Assembly (NCBI GenBank): GCA_964016885.1
Contig: OZ024741.1
Coordinates: 273,730,001-273,794,000 of the forward strand
DNA from: Eledone cirrhosa
Lineage: Eukaryota
DNA: 64,000 nt
Direction of reading: 5' to 3'
Below the pieces are notes generated by a model that was not told where the DNA came from, made no database searches, and saw only the letters and a program-made list of their open reading frames with translations. Position numbers and translations under genes: made by a program. Shown here piece after piece: positions 1-14,727 of the stretch. Every line of letters begins with the position of its first letter. The stretch's first letter is position 1.

Positions 1-571
1 CAGTGGTGTGGGTATGTGGGTGGATAGGTGCGTGGGTAAATGCACGGCTAGATCTGTGGGTAGGTGGGGGATGTTGTAGGGGTAGGTGTGTGTGTAAGGG
101 GTGTGGGTAGACGTGTTGGTAGGTGGGTCGATATATGTGTGGGCAAGTGTGGGGTAGATACGTTGGTAGATAGTTAGGTGGGCATGTAGAATGAGTATGG
201 GTGTAGATAAGAGGTGGTTGAGGTATGTGGGTGTGGTAGGTGGGTGGGTGAGATAGGTGGGTGGGTGGGTGAGATAGGTGGGTGGTGGGGTAGATTTGTG
301 AGGAGGGTGGGTAAGGCAGGTGGGTGAGATAGATGGGTAGCTGAAATATGTGGGTTGGTAGGTAGGTAGGTGAGATAGGTGGGTGAGATAGGTGGGTGAG
401 ATAGATGGGTGGGCAAGGTAGGTGCGTGGATGGGTGCGGACCAAGAAATAGCAAGATGGCAACCTCCAATGACTTGCTCTACATTCTTGACATTGATGAC
501 GTCATCTCTATAGAGTGAAGATTTCATTGGAACAACACCCCCCCCAGCCCCCTCCATAATGTACAAACGCA

Positions 572-574
<3 letters not shown>

Positions 575-628
<54 letters not shown>

Positions 629-659
629 GTATGTCTATATATATGTTTGTATATACCCC

Positions 660-692
<33 letters not shown>

Positions 693-1018
693 CAACACAC
701 ATGCACACACATACATACATATATACACACCTATACACACACATACATACCTACACATATATATATACACATACATACCTACACACATATATACACACAC
801 ACATACATATCTACACCTATATATATATACACAAACATACATACCTACACACATATATATACACAAACATACATAGCTACACCTATATATACACACACAC
901 ATACATACCTACACCTATATATATATATATATACACACATACATACCTACACCTATATATATATATACACACACACATACATACCTACACCTATATATAC
1001 ACACAAACATACATACCT

Positions 1019-1055
<37 letters not shown>

Positions 1056-1640
1056 AACATACATACCTACACCTATACACACACACACACATACCTACAC
1101 ACATATATATATATATATATACACAAACATACATACCTATACCTATATATACACACACACATACATACCTACACCTATATATATATATACACAAACATAC
1201 ATACCTACACCTATATATATATATATACACACACACATACATACCTACACCTATATACACACACACATACATACCTACACCTACATACACACAAACATAC
1301 CTACACCTATATATATATATACACACACACATACTTACACCTATATATATATATATACACACACACATACATACCTACACCTATATACACACACACATAC
1401 ATACCTACACCTACATACACACACATACCTACACCTATATATATATATACACACAAACATACATACCTACATTTTATACACACACACACATACATACCTA
1501 CACCTATATACACACACACATACCTACACCTATATATATATATATACACACACATACATACCTACACCTATACACACACACACACATACATACCTACACC
1601 TATATACACACACACACATACTTACACCTATACATACATT
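575..1640. repeat. (TA)n/(CA)n microsatellite and degenerate ACATACCTACACCTATAT minisatellite
   Basis: Periodic sequence visible directly; produces the YI/HT-rich spurious ORFs. Confidence 0.9.
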
Positions 1641-1759
1641 CACGTACACATCGTCACGTGTAGACACCTCCCCCTCCCCCCACCACCATATCATTTCTCA
1701 GCTTTCTCATCACTTTATAATAAATTGTGCAAGATAATTAGAACACCTCATTAAACATA

Positions 1760-3065
1760 ATCAACATCATCATCGTCATCGTCGCCGCCATCATCGTCAC
1801 CCCCCTCCTCCTCCTCCTCCTCCTCCTCCTCATCATCATCATGGTCATGATCGTCGTCGTCGTTAACATCATCATCATCCACATTAACATCACCGTCCCC
1901 TCCATCACTGCACCCTCCACCATCCACCACCACCACATACAACCATCACTACTACCACCATTAACACCAACATGACCACCACAACCACCGTCACTACCAC
2001 CACCATCATCACCGTAATAATAGCCACTATTGCCACCACCACCACCACCACCATCACTACCACCATCACCATCACTACCACCATCACTACCACCACCACC
2101 ATCACTACCACCATCACTACCACCACCACCACCATCACTACCACCATCACCATCACTACGACCACCACCATCACCACCACCATCATCACTACCACCACCA
2201 CCATTACTATCACTACCACCACCACCACCACCATCACTACCACCATCATCATCACCACCACCACCACCATCACTACCACCATTACTATCATTACCACCAC
2301 CACCACCACCATCACTACCACCATCATCATCACTACGACCATCACCATCACCACCACCACCACCATCACTACCACCATCACCACCACCACCACCATCACT
2401 ACCACCATTACTATCACTATCACCACCACCACCATCACTACCACCATCACCATCACTACGACCACCACCATCACCATCACTACGACCACCACCATCACCA
2501 CCACCACCACCATCACTACCACCATTACTATCACTATCACCATCACCACCATCACTACGATCACCACCATCACCACCATCACCATCACTACGACCACCAC
2601 CATCACCACCACCATCACCACCACCACCACCATCACTACCACCATTACTATCACTTCCACCACCACCACCATCACTACCACCATCACCATCACTACGACC
2701 ACCACCATCACCATCACTACGACCACCACCATCACCACCACCATCACCACCACCACCACCATCACTACCACCATCACCATCACTACGACCACCACCATCA
2801 CCACCACCATCACCACCACCACCACCATCACTACCACCATTACTATCACTACCACCACCACCACCACCACCATCACTACCACCATCATCATCACTACGAC
2901 CACCACCATCACCATCACTATGACCACCACCATCACCACCACCATCACCACCACCACCACCATCACCACCACCACCACCATCACTACCACCATTACCATC
3001 ATCGTCATCCTTATCATCATTATCATCATCATCATCATCATCATAACGAAGACCATCACCATCAT
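1760..3065. repeat. (CAC/CAT/TAC)n trinucleotide-based low-complexity repeat
   Basis: ACC/ATC/ACT triplet runs; several frames open simultaneously. Confidence 0.9.
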
Positions 3066-3285
3066 GTTTACCATCGTTATTTATATTAATCACATATTTT
3101 ATTGGGGTAAGGTAGAGATAATGTTGGGCTACTTGCCAATAATTTCGACCAACTAATCTTATTAGAGTTATTTCCCTTGATATCTCTAGCCAGTGACACA
3201 AGATTAGTTCTACTCCCTTTTTGTAGCCCGTTTTCTGTATTGAGTGTGCCTAAAAACATACATATAAACATACATATAAACACAC

Positions 3286-3325
<40 letters not shown>

Positions 3326-3525
3326 ACACACACACACACATACACACACACAAGCACACACAAACGCGCGCACACACACATACCGACACACACACACAGA
3401 CAGACAGAGAGAGAGAGAGACACACACATATATATATGTATATATGTGTATATACTTATATATATATTTATACATATACATACATATATATATACACACT
3501 CACACGCACACACACACACACACAC

Positions 3526-3586
<61 letters not shown>

Positions 3587-3621
3587 AGAGTATTGAAGTT
3601 TGCTTGAAGCATTGTGGAACA

Positions 3622-3938
<317 letters not shown>

Positions 3939-4250
3939 TATACATATATACATATATATACACCCACACACACATATATATAGATGCTTGTGTGTGTTTT
4001 AGAAGATTAAGGGTCCAAGGTAAACGGAGACATCTAGCTCTGTTGAGCAGGCGTTTTGTTGCTTACATCAATTGGTAGCTCTGTGTTGTCGTGGAGTCGC
4101 GGTGAACGATGTGGAAACATTTGCAGAGTTACTACATCACCTGATGTACAGATAGAAATGAAATAGATACCGACAAGTATTACTGGGACAGGGAAACCAC
4201 TGATTAGCTCTTATATAAGAATATATATAGTAATAAATGAACATATATAA

Positions 4251-4454
4251 TAATTGTTTCTACATTTGGCACAAGGCCAGCAATTTTTTAACTAAATCGA
4301 CCCCAGTGCGTTACTGATACTTTATTTTTTCGACGCCGTAAGGATGAAAGGCAAAGCTAGCCTCAGCGGAATTTGAACTCAGGACATAAAGGGCCATATC
4401 TAAATACTGCAAAGCATTTTGTCCGACGCTCTACTGATTATACCAATCCATCGC
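4251..4454 (-). mobile_element. tRNA-headed SINE copy
   Basis: B-box GAGTTCAAAT, core GCCTTTCATCCTTACGG..GTCGA, tail GCTGGCCTTGTGCC..GAAACAATTA shared with many copies in the window. Confidence 0.85.
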
Positions 4455-4699
4455 AGAATAATAATAAACTGAACAGTTTTAAATCATATTTCTGAGAAAA
4501 ACACTTCCAGATATACTCTTTTATCTGTTCCAGCCATCCGGCTGAGGCCATGCTGGGGCACAGCCCTTGAGTAAAGGGACTACAATTTACAAGTAATGGC
4601 ATTAGCAATATCTGTTCTACTTATGAGTTGAAGGAAGTCCCGTATTTATTTTGATGATGGCATTTCAAGCCAAGTTCTGCCCTTCAACTTAATAAACTA

Positions 4700-5690
4700 C
4701 ATAGAGACTTCAATACGAAGAATGTTTCTGATGTGTACAATTTCTCGATTTAAAATCTTTAAGATATTCTTTAATAAATTCAACAACTGACCAGAATATC
4801 TGAAAGATCATGAACATGAAACTTTTACCTTTAAAACTCCGAACATGTCCTGATACAGAAGTAGTATTTCATTTCTTCGAATGCCAAAAAGAATATCTTT
4901 GGTGTATACATCTCCTTTAAAGGTATTATCCGTTGATCCGTTAGACTTAAATAAATTCCTTCACTATCGTCAACTAGCCATATTTCAATACTATACACCA
5001 ACTCCCATTGAAAGTATTTTCCATTGAATAGACATGAGTTAAATTTAATACTACGGTATTACGTTTGAATATTTGGTGGAAATGTGTCATTGTAATTTCT
5101 TCCGTTGATACCTGAGATTAAATTTGTAAGGTTATTATTGAAACTATAGCTGACTTTCAAAGAATTCTTGTAGGAAATCTTACGTTACATTTGATCAATT
5201 GGAAAATGCTTTTGTACAACACTTAGAAAGGTTTATGTTATGTTAAATGTCACAACCAGACTCTAAATAGAGAGTTATACCAAGTTACATTACACCTACG
5301 TATATTGTCGGTGTTATTTAAGACGTTAGGAGATTGAATATATTGTCTATTCTTTTGGAAACCACTCTCTGTTCAGACATTGTTGTGTAGTGTGAGATAC
5401 GGTTAAAGATTTCTTCAGATAAAAATGTTAAAAATGTGACCACTAATATTACTAAATATATTGTTCATGAATATGCGAGGGTGGCTAGATGACCTATTAA
5501 TATACAGCTCAATATTTCCTGAATTATCGCAAGGGAATGTTGTGTGTCATGATAAAATGCTTTTGTTCACTAAAGCTGTTTTGAGGCAGTTAATGCTGTA
5601 GTATTTTGTTCATGTTTTGTATTGGTTGGTGAATTGCTGGGATTTCTAAAATGTATTTCAGGATATTTAACGGTTGGATGTGAGATAATA
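4700..5690 (-). mobile_element. Highly decayed Penelope-like element (RT thumb to GIY-YIG)
   Basis: Manual minus-strand translation gives NVTWYN, FLSVVQKHFP, KNSLKVSYS..NNLTNLISG and ELVYSIEI..IYLSLT, colinear with the PLE at 42.7-44.8 kb; many stops and frameshifts. Confidence 0.65.
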
Positions 5691-6096
5691 ACGATACTTC
5701 ATGTTTTTTTTTCCTGTTGCTATTTCTTATGCCTGTTGCGTGTGTGTATTCTTTGTGTCTGTGTGTGTACGCGGACGTGTGTGCGTGTGAATATGTATGT
5801 ATATATATATATGTAGATAAATCTACCAAAAGTTTACGGTAGTGTCCAATCCGTATGAAGAACTCAATGTAATATATATATATGCATGTATGTATGTGGA
5901 TGCATGTATAGATATATAATGTATGTATGAGTGTATATTTATGCATGTATGTATGTATATCTATGTAAGCATGCTTGTATATTTATGTATTTATGTATTT
6001 ATGTATTTATGTATGTATGTATTATGTATGTGTGAATCCATGGTTGTATGTATGTATGTGTGTATGTATGCATGTATGAATGTATGTGTGTGTTTG

Positions 6097-6133
<37 letters not shown>

Positions 6134-6144
6134 ATATCGGCAAA

Positions 6145-9100
6145 ACATGTAATATCCCCACTTAGCCCTTGGAGATATTTAGTAGAATACACTGTACTAC
6201 AATGAGACATGACGTTTCTGTAGTTGACTCATCGATACCTTTTATGGTACAGACTGTGTGTTGGAAGCAGATTTAACTCCCTTACTTGGCTCTTTAATAT
6301 ATTTAGTGGAGTACACTGTACTTCAAGTATATGTAATATTACTACCTGGTCCTAGGAGAGATATAGTAGAGCACACCATCTTTCAAGTAGATGTAATATT
6401 ACCACCTGGTCCTTGGAGATATAGTAGAGTACATTGTACTTCAAGTAGATGTAATATTACCACCTAGTCCTAGAAGAGATATAGTAGAGTACTCTGTACT
6501 TCAAGTAGATGTAATATTACCACCTGGTCCTTGGAGATATAGTAGAGTACACCGTCTTTCAAGTAGATGCAATATTACCACCTAGTCCTTGGAGATATAG
6601 TAGAGAACTCTGTACTTCAAGTAGATGTAATATTACTACCTGATCCTAGGAGAGATATAGTAGAGTACACTGTACTTCAAGTAGATGTAATATTACCACC
6701 TGGTCCTTCGAGATATAGTAGAGTACATTGTACTTCAAGTAGATGTAATATTACCACCTGCCTGGTCCTAGGAGATATAGTAGAGTACATTGTACTTCAA
6801 GTAGATGTAATATTACCACCTAGTCCTTGGAGATATAGTAGAGTACATTGTACTTCAAGTAGATGTAATATTACCACCTGGTCCTAGGAGAGATATAGTA
6901 GAGTACTCTGTACTTCAAGTAGATGTAATATTACCACCTGGTCCTTGGAGATATAGTAGAGTACATTGTACTTCAAGTAGATGTAATATTACCACCTGTC
7001 CTTGGAGATATAGTAGAGTACATTGTACTTCAAGTAGATGTAATATTACCACCTGTCCTTGGAGATATAGTAGAGTACATTGTACTTCAAGTAGATGTAA
7101 TATTACCACCTGTCCTTGGAGATATAGTAGAGTACATTGTACTTCAAGTAGATGTAATATTACCACCTGTCCTTGGAGATATAGTAGAGTACATTGTACT
7201 TCAAGTAGATGTAATATTACCACCTGGTCCTAGGAGAGATATAGTAGAGTACTCTGTACTTCAAGTAGATGTAATATTACCACCTAGTCCTTGGAGATAT
7301 AGTAGAGTACATTGTACTTCAAGTAGATGTAATATTACCACCTGGTCCTTGGAGATATAGTAGAGTACATTGTACTTCAAGTAGATGTAATATTACCACC
7401 TGGTCCTTGGAGATATAGTAGAGTACATTGTACTTCAAGTAGATGTAATATTACCACCTGGTCCTAGGAGAGATATAGTAGAGTACACTGTACTTTAAGT
7501 AGATGTAATATTACCACCTAGTCCTTGGAGATATAGTAGAGTACATTGTACTTCAAGTAGATGTAATATTACCACCTAGTCCTTGGAGATATAGTGGAGT
7601 ACATTGTACTTCAAGTAGATGTAATATTACCACCTGGTCCTTGGAGATATAGACTGAAGTATACTGTACTTCAAGTAGCTGTAATATTACCACTTGGTCC
7701 TAGGAGATATATAGTAGAGTACATTGTACTTCAAGTAGATGTAATATTACCACCTGGTCCTTGGAGATATAGACTGAAGTATACTGTACTTCAAGTAGCT
7801 GTAATATTACCACTTGGTCCTAGGAGATATATAGTAGAGTACATTGTACTTCAAGTAGATGTAATATTACCACCTGGTCCTTGGAGATATAGACTGAAGT
7901 ATACTGTACTTCAAGTAGCTGTAATATTACCACTTGGTCCTAGGAGAGATATAGTAGAGTACATTGTACTTCAAGTAGATGTAATATTACTACCGGGTCC
8001 TTGGAGATATATAGTAGAGTACACAATACTTCAAGTAGATGTAATATTACCACCTGGTCCTTGGAGATATAGTAGAGTACATTGTACTTCAAGTAGATGT
8101 AATATTACCACCTAGTCCTTGGAGATATAGTAGAGTACACCGTCTTTCAAGTAGATGCAATATTACCACCTAGTCCTTGGAGATATAGTAGAGTACTCTG
8201 TACTTCAAGTAGATGTAATATTACTACCCGATCCTAGGAGAGATATAGTAGAGTACACTGTACTTCAAGTAGATGTAATATTACCACCTGGTCCTTGGAG
8301 ATATAGTAGAGTACATTGTACTTCAAGTAGATGTAATATTACCACCTGGTCCTAGGAGAGATATAGTAGAGTACACTTTACTTGAAGTAGATGTAATATT
8401 ACCACCTGGTCCTAGGAGAGATATAGTAGAGTACACCGTCTTTCAAGTAGATGCAATATTACCACCTGGTCCTTGGAGATATAGTAGAGTACATTGTACT
8501 TCAAGTAGATGTAATATTACCACCTGGTCCTTGGAGATATAGTAGAGTACATTGTACTTCAAGTAGATGTAATATTACCACCTGGTCCTAGGAGAGATAT
8601 AGTAGAGTACTCTGTACTTCAAGTAGATGTAATATTACCACCTGGTCCTTGGAGATATAGTAGAGTACATTGTACTTCAAGTAGATGTAATATTACCACC
8701 TGTCCTTGGAGATATAGTAGAGTACATTGTACTTCAAGTAGATGTAATATTACCACCTGTCCTTGGAGATATAGTAGAGTACATTGTACTTCAAGTAGAT
8801 GTAATATTACCACCTGTCCTTGGAGATATAGTAGAGTACATTGTACTTCAAGTAGATGTAATATTACCACCTGTCCTTGGAGATATAGTAGAGTACATTG
8901 TACTTCAAGTAGATGTAATATTACCACCTGGTCCTAGGAGAGATATAGTAGAGTACTCTGTACTTCAAGTAGATGTAATATTACCACCTGGTCCTTGGAG
9001 ATATAGTAGAGTACATTGTACTTCAAGTAGATGTAATATTACCACCTAGTCCTTGGAGATATAGTAGAGTACACCGTCTTTCAAGTAGATGCAATATTAC

Positions 9101-9950
9101 CACCTAGTCCTTGGAGATATAGTAGAGTACTCTGTACTTCAAGTAGATGTAATATTACTACCCGATCCTAGGAGAGATATAGTAGAGTACACTGTACTTC
9201 AAGTAGATGTAATATTACCACCTGGTCCTTGGAGATATAGTAGAGTACATTGTACTTCAAGTAGATGTAATATTACCACCTGGTCCTAGGAGAGATATAG
9301 TAGAGTACACTTTACTTGAAGTAGATGTAATATTACCACCTGGTCCTAGGAGAGATATAGTAGAGTACACCGTCTTTCAAGTAGATGCAATATTACCACC
9401 TGGTCCTTGGAGATATAGTAGAGTACATTGTACTTCAAGTAGATGTAATATTACCACCTGGTCCTTGGAGATATAGACTGAAGTATACTGTACTTCAAGT
9501 AGCTGTAATATTACCACTTGGTCCTAGGAGAGATATAGTAGAGTACATTGTACTTCAAGTAGATGTAATATTACTACCTGGTCCTTGGAGATATATAGTA
9601 GAGTACACTGTACTTCAAGTAGATGTAATATTAGTTTGTCATTTAGGCACAAATCCAGCAATACTTTGAGAGGGGAAAGCCGATTAAATCGACCTCGATT
9701 AAATCGACTCGTACTTTATATTATCGACCTCGTAAGGATGAAAGGCAGGATTTGAACTCAGAGCGTAAAGGGGCGTAACTCTATGCCATATAGCATGTTG
9801 TTAGATGCTCTACTGATACTGCCAATCCACCGCCTTTCAAGTAGATTTAATATTCCCACCTGGTACTAGGAGGAATTTAGTAAAGTACACTGTACTACAA
9901 GTAGATTTAATTTTATCACCTAGTACTAGTAGGAATTTAGTGAATTACAT
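6145..9950. repeat. Satellite of about 58 bp (57-60 bp variants, about 60 copies)
   Basis: Unit CTTCAAGTAGATGTAATATTACCACCTGGTCCTTGGAGATATAGTAGAGTACATTGTA; degenerate units at both edges. Confidence 0.97.
9633..9834 (-). mobile_element. tRNA-headed SINE inserted into the satellite
   Basis: Head (rc GGCGGTGGATTGGCAG), B-box and core present; satellite units resume after 9835. Confidence 0.85.
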
Positions 9951-10561
9951 CGTTAGAGGCATTCTGGCCACGTATTCGATGTGAGGGAACCTTCCCGCCA
10001 GCCTTGGGGGCTATGAAAACGGTCGTAGGTGCTGCCATTCTTCCTGACTAAGCGGTTAAAAGAAGAAAAAAAATTAAAAGCCTTATTTCATACTTGTACC
10101 ACATCGTTCAAGAATGAAAACAACAAAATGGCGAAATAAAATAAAACTTTACAGTTAAGTAGTAAATGATATTTAGTAAAAGTTTCAGAATAAAAACTGA
10201 AGTGTCATAGTTTGTTCTGGAGTTAAAAATAACAGCCAGTAAATTGGTGTGGTGTCAGGTAGCCAATTTCGGCGATAATATATATAAAAAAACGGAATGA
10301 GGTTGGGGAAGAAGAAATGGGTCTTTGAGCACCAAATTGATAGGGATTGCATGAGAAGCCTGGCTGACACCCGGATTAATGATAGAATAAATAAATCACG
10401 TGAGAGAATTACCCAATTTGGTATGACTGTCATACTTAATTATACATTTCTAAGTTATCTAGTTAAAATTTCAAAAGACAAACAACAGCGATGTAAAGGG
10501 CGGAGTACCATGTTTCATATTCCTAGAACCAGCGTTCGAGATCACATGGCTGCCATTGGTT

Positions 10562-10633
<72 letters not shown>

Positions 10634-10644
10634 GTTGTTGTTTT

Positions 10645-12412
10645 TTGAGTCTCAGTCATTGATGTTATTTATCTGGAAAGTTTGTTGAAATGAATATCAA
10701 GCCACTACCTGCAGCATCAGATATTCAGGACGTATTGGAGGGTTCTTGCTGTTCCCAGCAAGCTTGCCTTTTGATGCGTTCCAAAAAGCGTGGCGGTGTC
10801 AATTTTCTTTAACCATCCCTGGAAACTTTTTGAGATAGTACCTAGTGCGCCTATGGCAATCGGGACCACTTTGACTTCATGTCAGTTCCAAATCCTTTTT
10901 ACCTCCCACTTTAAGTCCTGGTATCGGTTAATTTTATCCCTCTCCTTCTCTTGCACTCTTGTGTCGAATGGGGAGGCCACATCCACAATCAGGCACGATC
11001 GTTTTTCCTTGTCCAAAACCACCTGGTCAGGTCTATTGTGTTCCAGTTTCTTGTCCGTTTGTATCGTAAAATCCCACAGCACCTTCACCTGATCGTTTTC
11101 TATCACCGACTCTGTCTTCTGCTCATACCACTTCTCAGAATGTGGTAAATTGTTTACTTTGCATAGGTGCCAGTGGATCACCCTGCCCATCACAACATGT
11201 CTCCAGCCTTTATAGTGAGTCTGGGCTAGGTGTTTACACTCGGATACAATGTGAGCCACAGTCTCCTCTCTCTCTCCACAGATCCTGCACAGTGGGCTAG
11301 CCTCCTTCTTGTAAATATGGTGTTTCAACCACTTCGTTTTGAGGGCCTGCTCTTGCGCAGCCATTAACATTCCTTCTGTAGCCTTTTTAAGGTCTCCTCT
11401 TTTCAATCAGTTCCATGTCTGTGGATCTCTGAATTCAGTTTTCTCAAAGAAGGTACTATGAAGGGATTTTTCATGAAGGTTGCTCTTTCTCCTTGTTGTT
11501 ATTTCCTCCTTGGACATACCCTGGTCTATTGTCCTCTCCTTCAGTACAATTCTGAGCATTGGCTCCTTACTATCAGTCATGTATTTGTGTAGGTTGTTTT
11601 TCTCCATCTGAACACAGTCCTCTATGCTGATAAGACCTCTTCCACCTTCAGATCTCCTTAAGTAGAGTCTATCGACATCACTCCTCTTGTTGAACATGTT
11701 GTAGATAGTCAACAGCTTCTTAGTCTTCCTATCCATTTCTTTTTGTTCAGCAACATTCGATCTCAGGATTCCCGCACTGTACTTAATAATAGACACAGCT
11801 CGGGAATTTACTGCACTTATGGCATTCCTACTGTTCAGATGTGACTTTAATACGCTCCTTACTCTCCGAATGTATTCAGATCTTATCAATTCCTTCATTT
11901 TTTTGTTCTTGATGTCATCAGCCTCCAGAACACCCAAATACTTGTATCCTTCTTCAGTGTCAATTTCCTTTATCATCTCACCTGTTGGTACCTGGATTCC
12001 GTTGCTTCTGCTCAATTTACCCCTCTTCATCACAAGGACTCCACACTTACTAATACCAAATTGCATACATATATCATTGCTGAAAATACGGACAGTGTCA
12101 ACAAGCACATCCAACTCCTTCTCACTCTTCCCGAAGAGCTTAAGATCGTCCATGAAGAGGAGGTGATTGATGGTAAGCTCTCCCTTTCCCAACTTGTATC
12201 CTGCTCTCACCTTTCGCAGTACAATGGTCAGGGGCATCAGGGCAAGGACAAACAACAGAGGGTACAAACTATCTCCCTGGAAGATACCTATCTTGATCTT
12301 CACGCCTCCCAAGGATTCTCCAGCTTATGTTAACTCTGTTTTCCAGGACTTCATACTTTTGCCCAACAACTGTCTGATGTTATCTGCCACCTTGAAGATC
12401 TCTAGAAGATCT
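10645..12412 (-). mobile_element. 5'-truncated R4/Dong-clade non-LTR retrotransposon (RT, CCHC, restriction-like endonuclease), inactivated
   Basis: GIFQGDSL, HLLFMDDLKL, YKYLG, RLYL..SEGGRGL, AAQEQAL, CRICG..ETVAHIVSEC, NRPD..D, KINRY; in-frame TGA at 11407 and 10882; (TAA)n on both sides. Confidence 0.93.
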
Positions 12413-12443
12413 CTAGGCTTTTGGTGCTCCAAGAATGAGGCAC

Positions 12444-12547
<104 letters not shown>

Positions 12548-12746
12548 CTTGAATCTCAGTCATTGATGTTAGTTAACTGGAAAGTCCGTTGGAATGAATA
12601 TCAAGCCACTACCTGCAGCCTCAGATATTCAGGACGTATCGGAGGGTTCTTGCTGTTCCCAGCAAGCATGCCTTTTGAAGCGTTCCAAAAAGCGTGAAGG
12701 GGCCGATTTTCTTTAACCATCCCTGGAAACTTTTGGAGATAGTCCC
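12548..12746 (-). mobile_element. 3'-end fragment of a second copy of the same Dong-like family
   Basis: Closely similar to 10645-10840; followed on its sense strand by (TAA)n at 12445-12546. Confidence 0.88.
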
Positions 12747-12964
12747 AAAGAAAATAAGAATGAAGAGAGAAACAAACGGACGGACAGAGAAGGGAAGGGA
12801 AAAATTAAGTCAGACATTCGAACACTACATTACAATGAAACTTATGCTTATTCATTTTTGGGTTTTTTTCTGCCTGTTTGTTTGTTTGTTTATTTGTGTT
12901 CGTCTACAGCGTGATAATGCCACACAAGAGCCACGTGGAGCGACGCAACCACCGGAGACGGTGA

Positions 12965-13042
<78 letters not shown>

Positions 13043-13043
<1 letters not shown>

Positions 13044-13228
13044 GGGCGGTGGATTGGCAGTATCGATAGAGGGTCGGACGCCATGCTTTCCAGCATAGTT
13101 ACGTCCCTTTACGATCTGAGTTCAAATCCCGCCGAGGTTGACTTTGCCTTTCATCCTTACGGGGTCGATAAAATAAAGTACCTGTAACGCACTGGGTATT
13201 TGCTGGCCTTGTGCCTAAAGTAGAATCA

Positions 13229-13288
<60 letters not shown>

Positions 13289-13862
13289 GGGCGGTGGATT
13301 GGCAGTATCGGTAGAGCGTCGGACGCCATGCTCTGACGCATAGAGTTACAACCCTTGCCATTCTGAGTTCAAATCCCGCCGAGGTTAACTTTGTCTTTCA
13401 TCCTTACGGGGTCGATAAAATAAAGTACCAGTAATGCACTGGGTAATTGCTGGCCTTGTGCCAAAAGTAGAAACAATTATTATAAGGGCGGTGGATTGGC
13501 AGAATTAGTAGAGCGTCGGACACCATGCTTTGCAGCATAGAGTTACGTCCCTTTCCGGCCTGAGTTCAAATCCCGCCGAGGTTAACTTTGCCTTTCATCT
13601 TTACGGGGTCGATAAAATAAAGTACTAGTCACGTACTGGGGTCGATTTAATCGACTTTTCCCTCCCCCAAAATTGCTGGCCTTGTGCCTATATAAGAAAG
13701 CATTATTATAGGTCGGTGAATTGGCAGTATCGGTAGAGGGTCGGACGCCATGCATTGACGCATAGAGTTACGACCCTTGCCATTCTGAGTTCAAATCCCG
13801 CCGAGGTTAACTTTGACTTTCATGCTTACGGGGTCGATAAAATAAAGTACCAGTAATACACT
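13043..13862 (+). mobile_element. Four head-to-tail tRNA-headed SINEs (Deu/Nin-like core)
   Basis: A-box TGGCAGTATCGG, B-box GAGTTCAAATCC, core GCCTTTCATCCTTACGGGGTCGATAAAATAAAGTACCAG, (TTA)n tails; starts at about 13043, 13288, 13485, 13710. Confidence 0.92.
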
Positions 13863-13864
13863 TG

Positions 13865-14292
13865 TTTCATATGGGGAAGAATTCTTACTGGAACCACCAG
13901 TAGAATATTTTTTTGGTCTATTTTTGGTACTCCTAGAATTAGAGCTTCGATTTGTCACTTAATTCTAATATATATGTTTCTATGAGACATTTCTGTCAAT
14001 GAGTTTAATTAATATTAAATTGTTCCTTAATTTGTTGAGCTGTACCAGACGGTCGTTTGGCTGCTATTTCTAGCGACATTATGAGCCTATCAAGTAGTCC
14101 TCATATGCTAGGAGATTTTGAGAACCTATCACCACACGTGTTTTTATTTCACTCTGCTGCCTCGTCAAAGGAAACAATATGTATTATATCTTGTTCAATT
14201 TCTCTTAGACTTGAAGAATTAAACTCCCCTGAAGAGCGTGGTGGATTCTTCAATTATTGGTGGTTCCAATAACAATTCTTCCCCATATGAAA
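13865..14292. mobile_element. MITE-like element with 38-bp terminal inverted repeats
   Basis: TTTCATATGGGGAAGAATTCTTACTGGAACCACCAGTA (13865-13902) matches rc of 14255-14292 at 35/38. Confidence 0.65.
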
Positions 14293-14454
14293 GGGAAATC
14301 TGTATATAAGCGAAGCTAGATAGAATACTTTTGTTTGTCTATCTTGTCTGTAGTCCCACAATTAGAGTTATTTCTCAGTTAATATATAATATTGCTTCTC
14401 TGAAAGATTTCTCTCATTCAGATGTTTAAGTATTAGATACTAATTAATTTTTAA

Positions 14455-14506
<52 letters not shown>

Positions 14507-14510
<4 letters not shown>

Positions 14511-14727
14511 TAAAGAAAGTTGGTTGTTTGAAAGTGAGCCGACTTTTTCTTAATAGAGTAAATCACTCAACGGATTTTGTTCATCCGGAATTTTATTATA
14601 ATAATAAACAAGATAGACGGTTTCAATTGTACATCCCTATTTATTTTGTTATACATATTTCAAAGACGTGTTTGAAATACGTGTAACAAAATAGTGATGT
14701 ACAAATGAAACCGTCTTTCTTGTTTAC
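14507..14727. mobile_element. Short fold-back PLE pLTR remnant in (TA)n
   Basis: Inverted arms 14605-14663 and 14670-14727; 3' half of an HHR (GAAA TACGTG TA); minus-strand tail ATTCC..TTGAGTGAT. Confidence 0.6.

Noticed and set aside
1738-3201. 487-aa Gly/Asp-rich ORF and overlapping ORFs
   Set aside because: Triplet-repeat artefact
6145-9950. CRISPR-like appearance of the 58-bp array (and the 43-bp array at 21.9 kb)
   Set aside because: No unique spacers, no cas genes, eukaryotic context
10882-11409. In-frame TGA codons as selenocysteine or read-through
   Set aside because: Single-base nonsense changes in a truncated dead copy; no SECIS seen
13043-13140. tRNA genes
   Set aside because: A/B boxes belong to SINE heads; no cloverleaf
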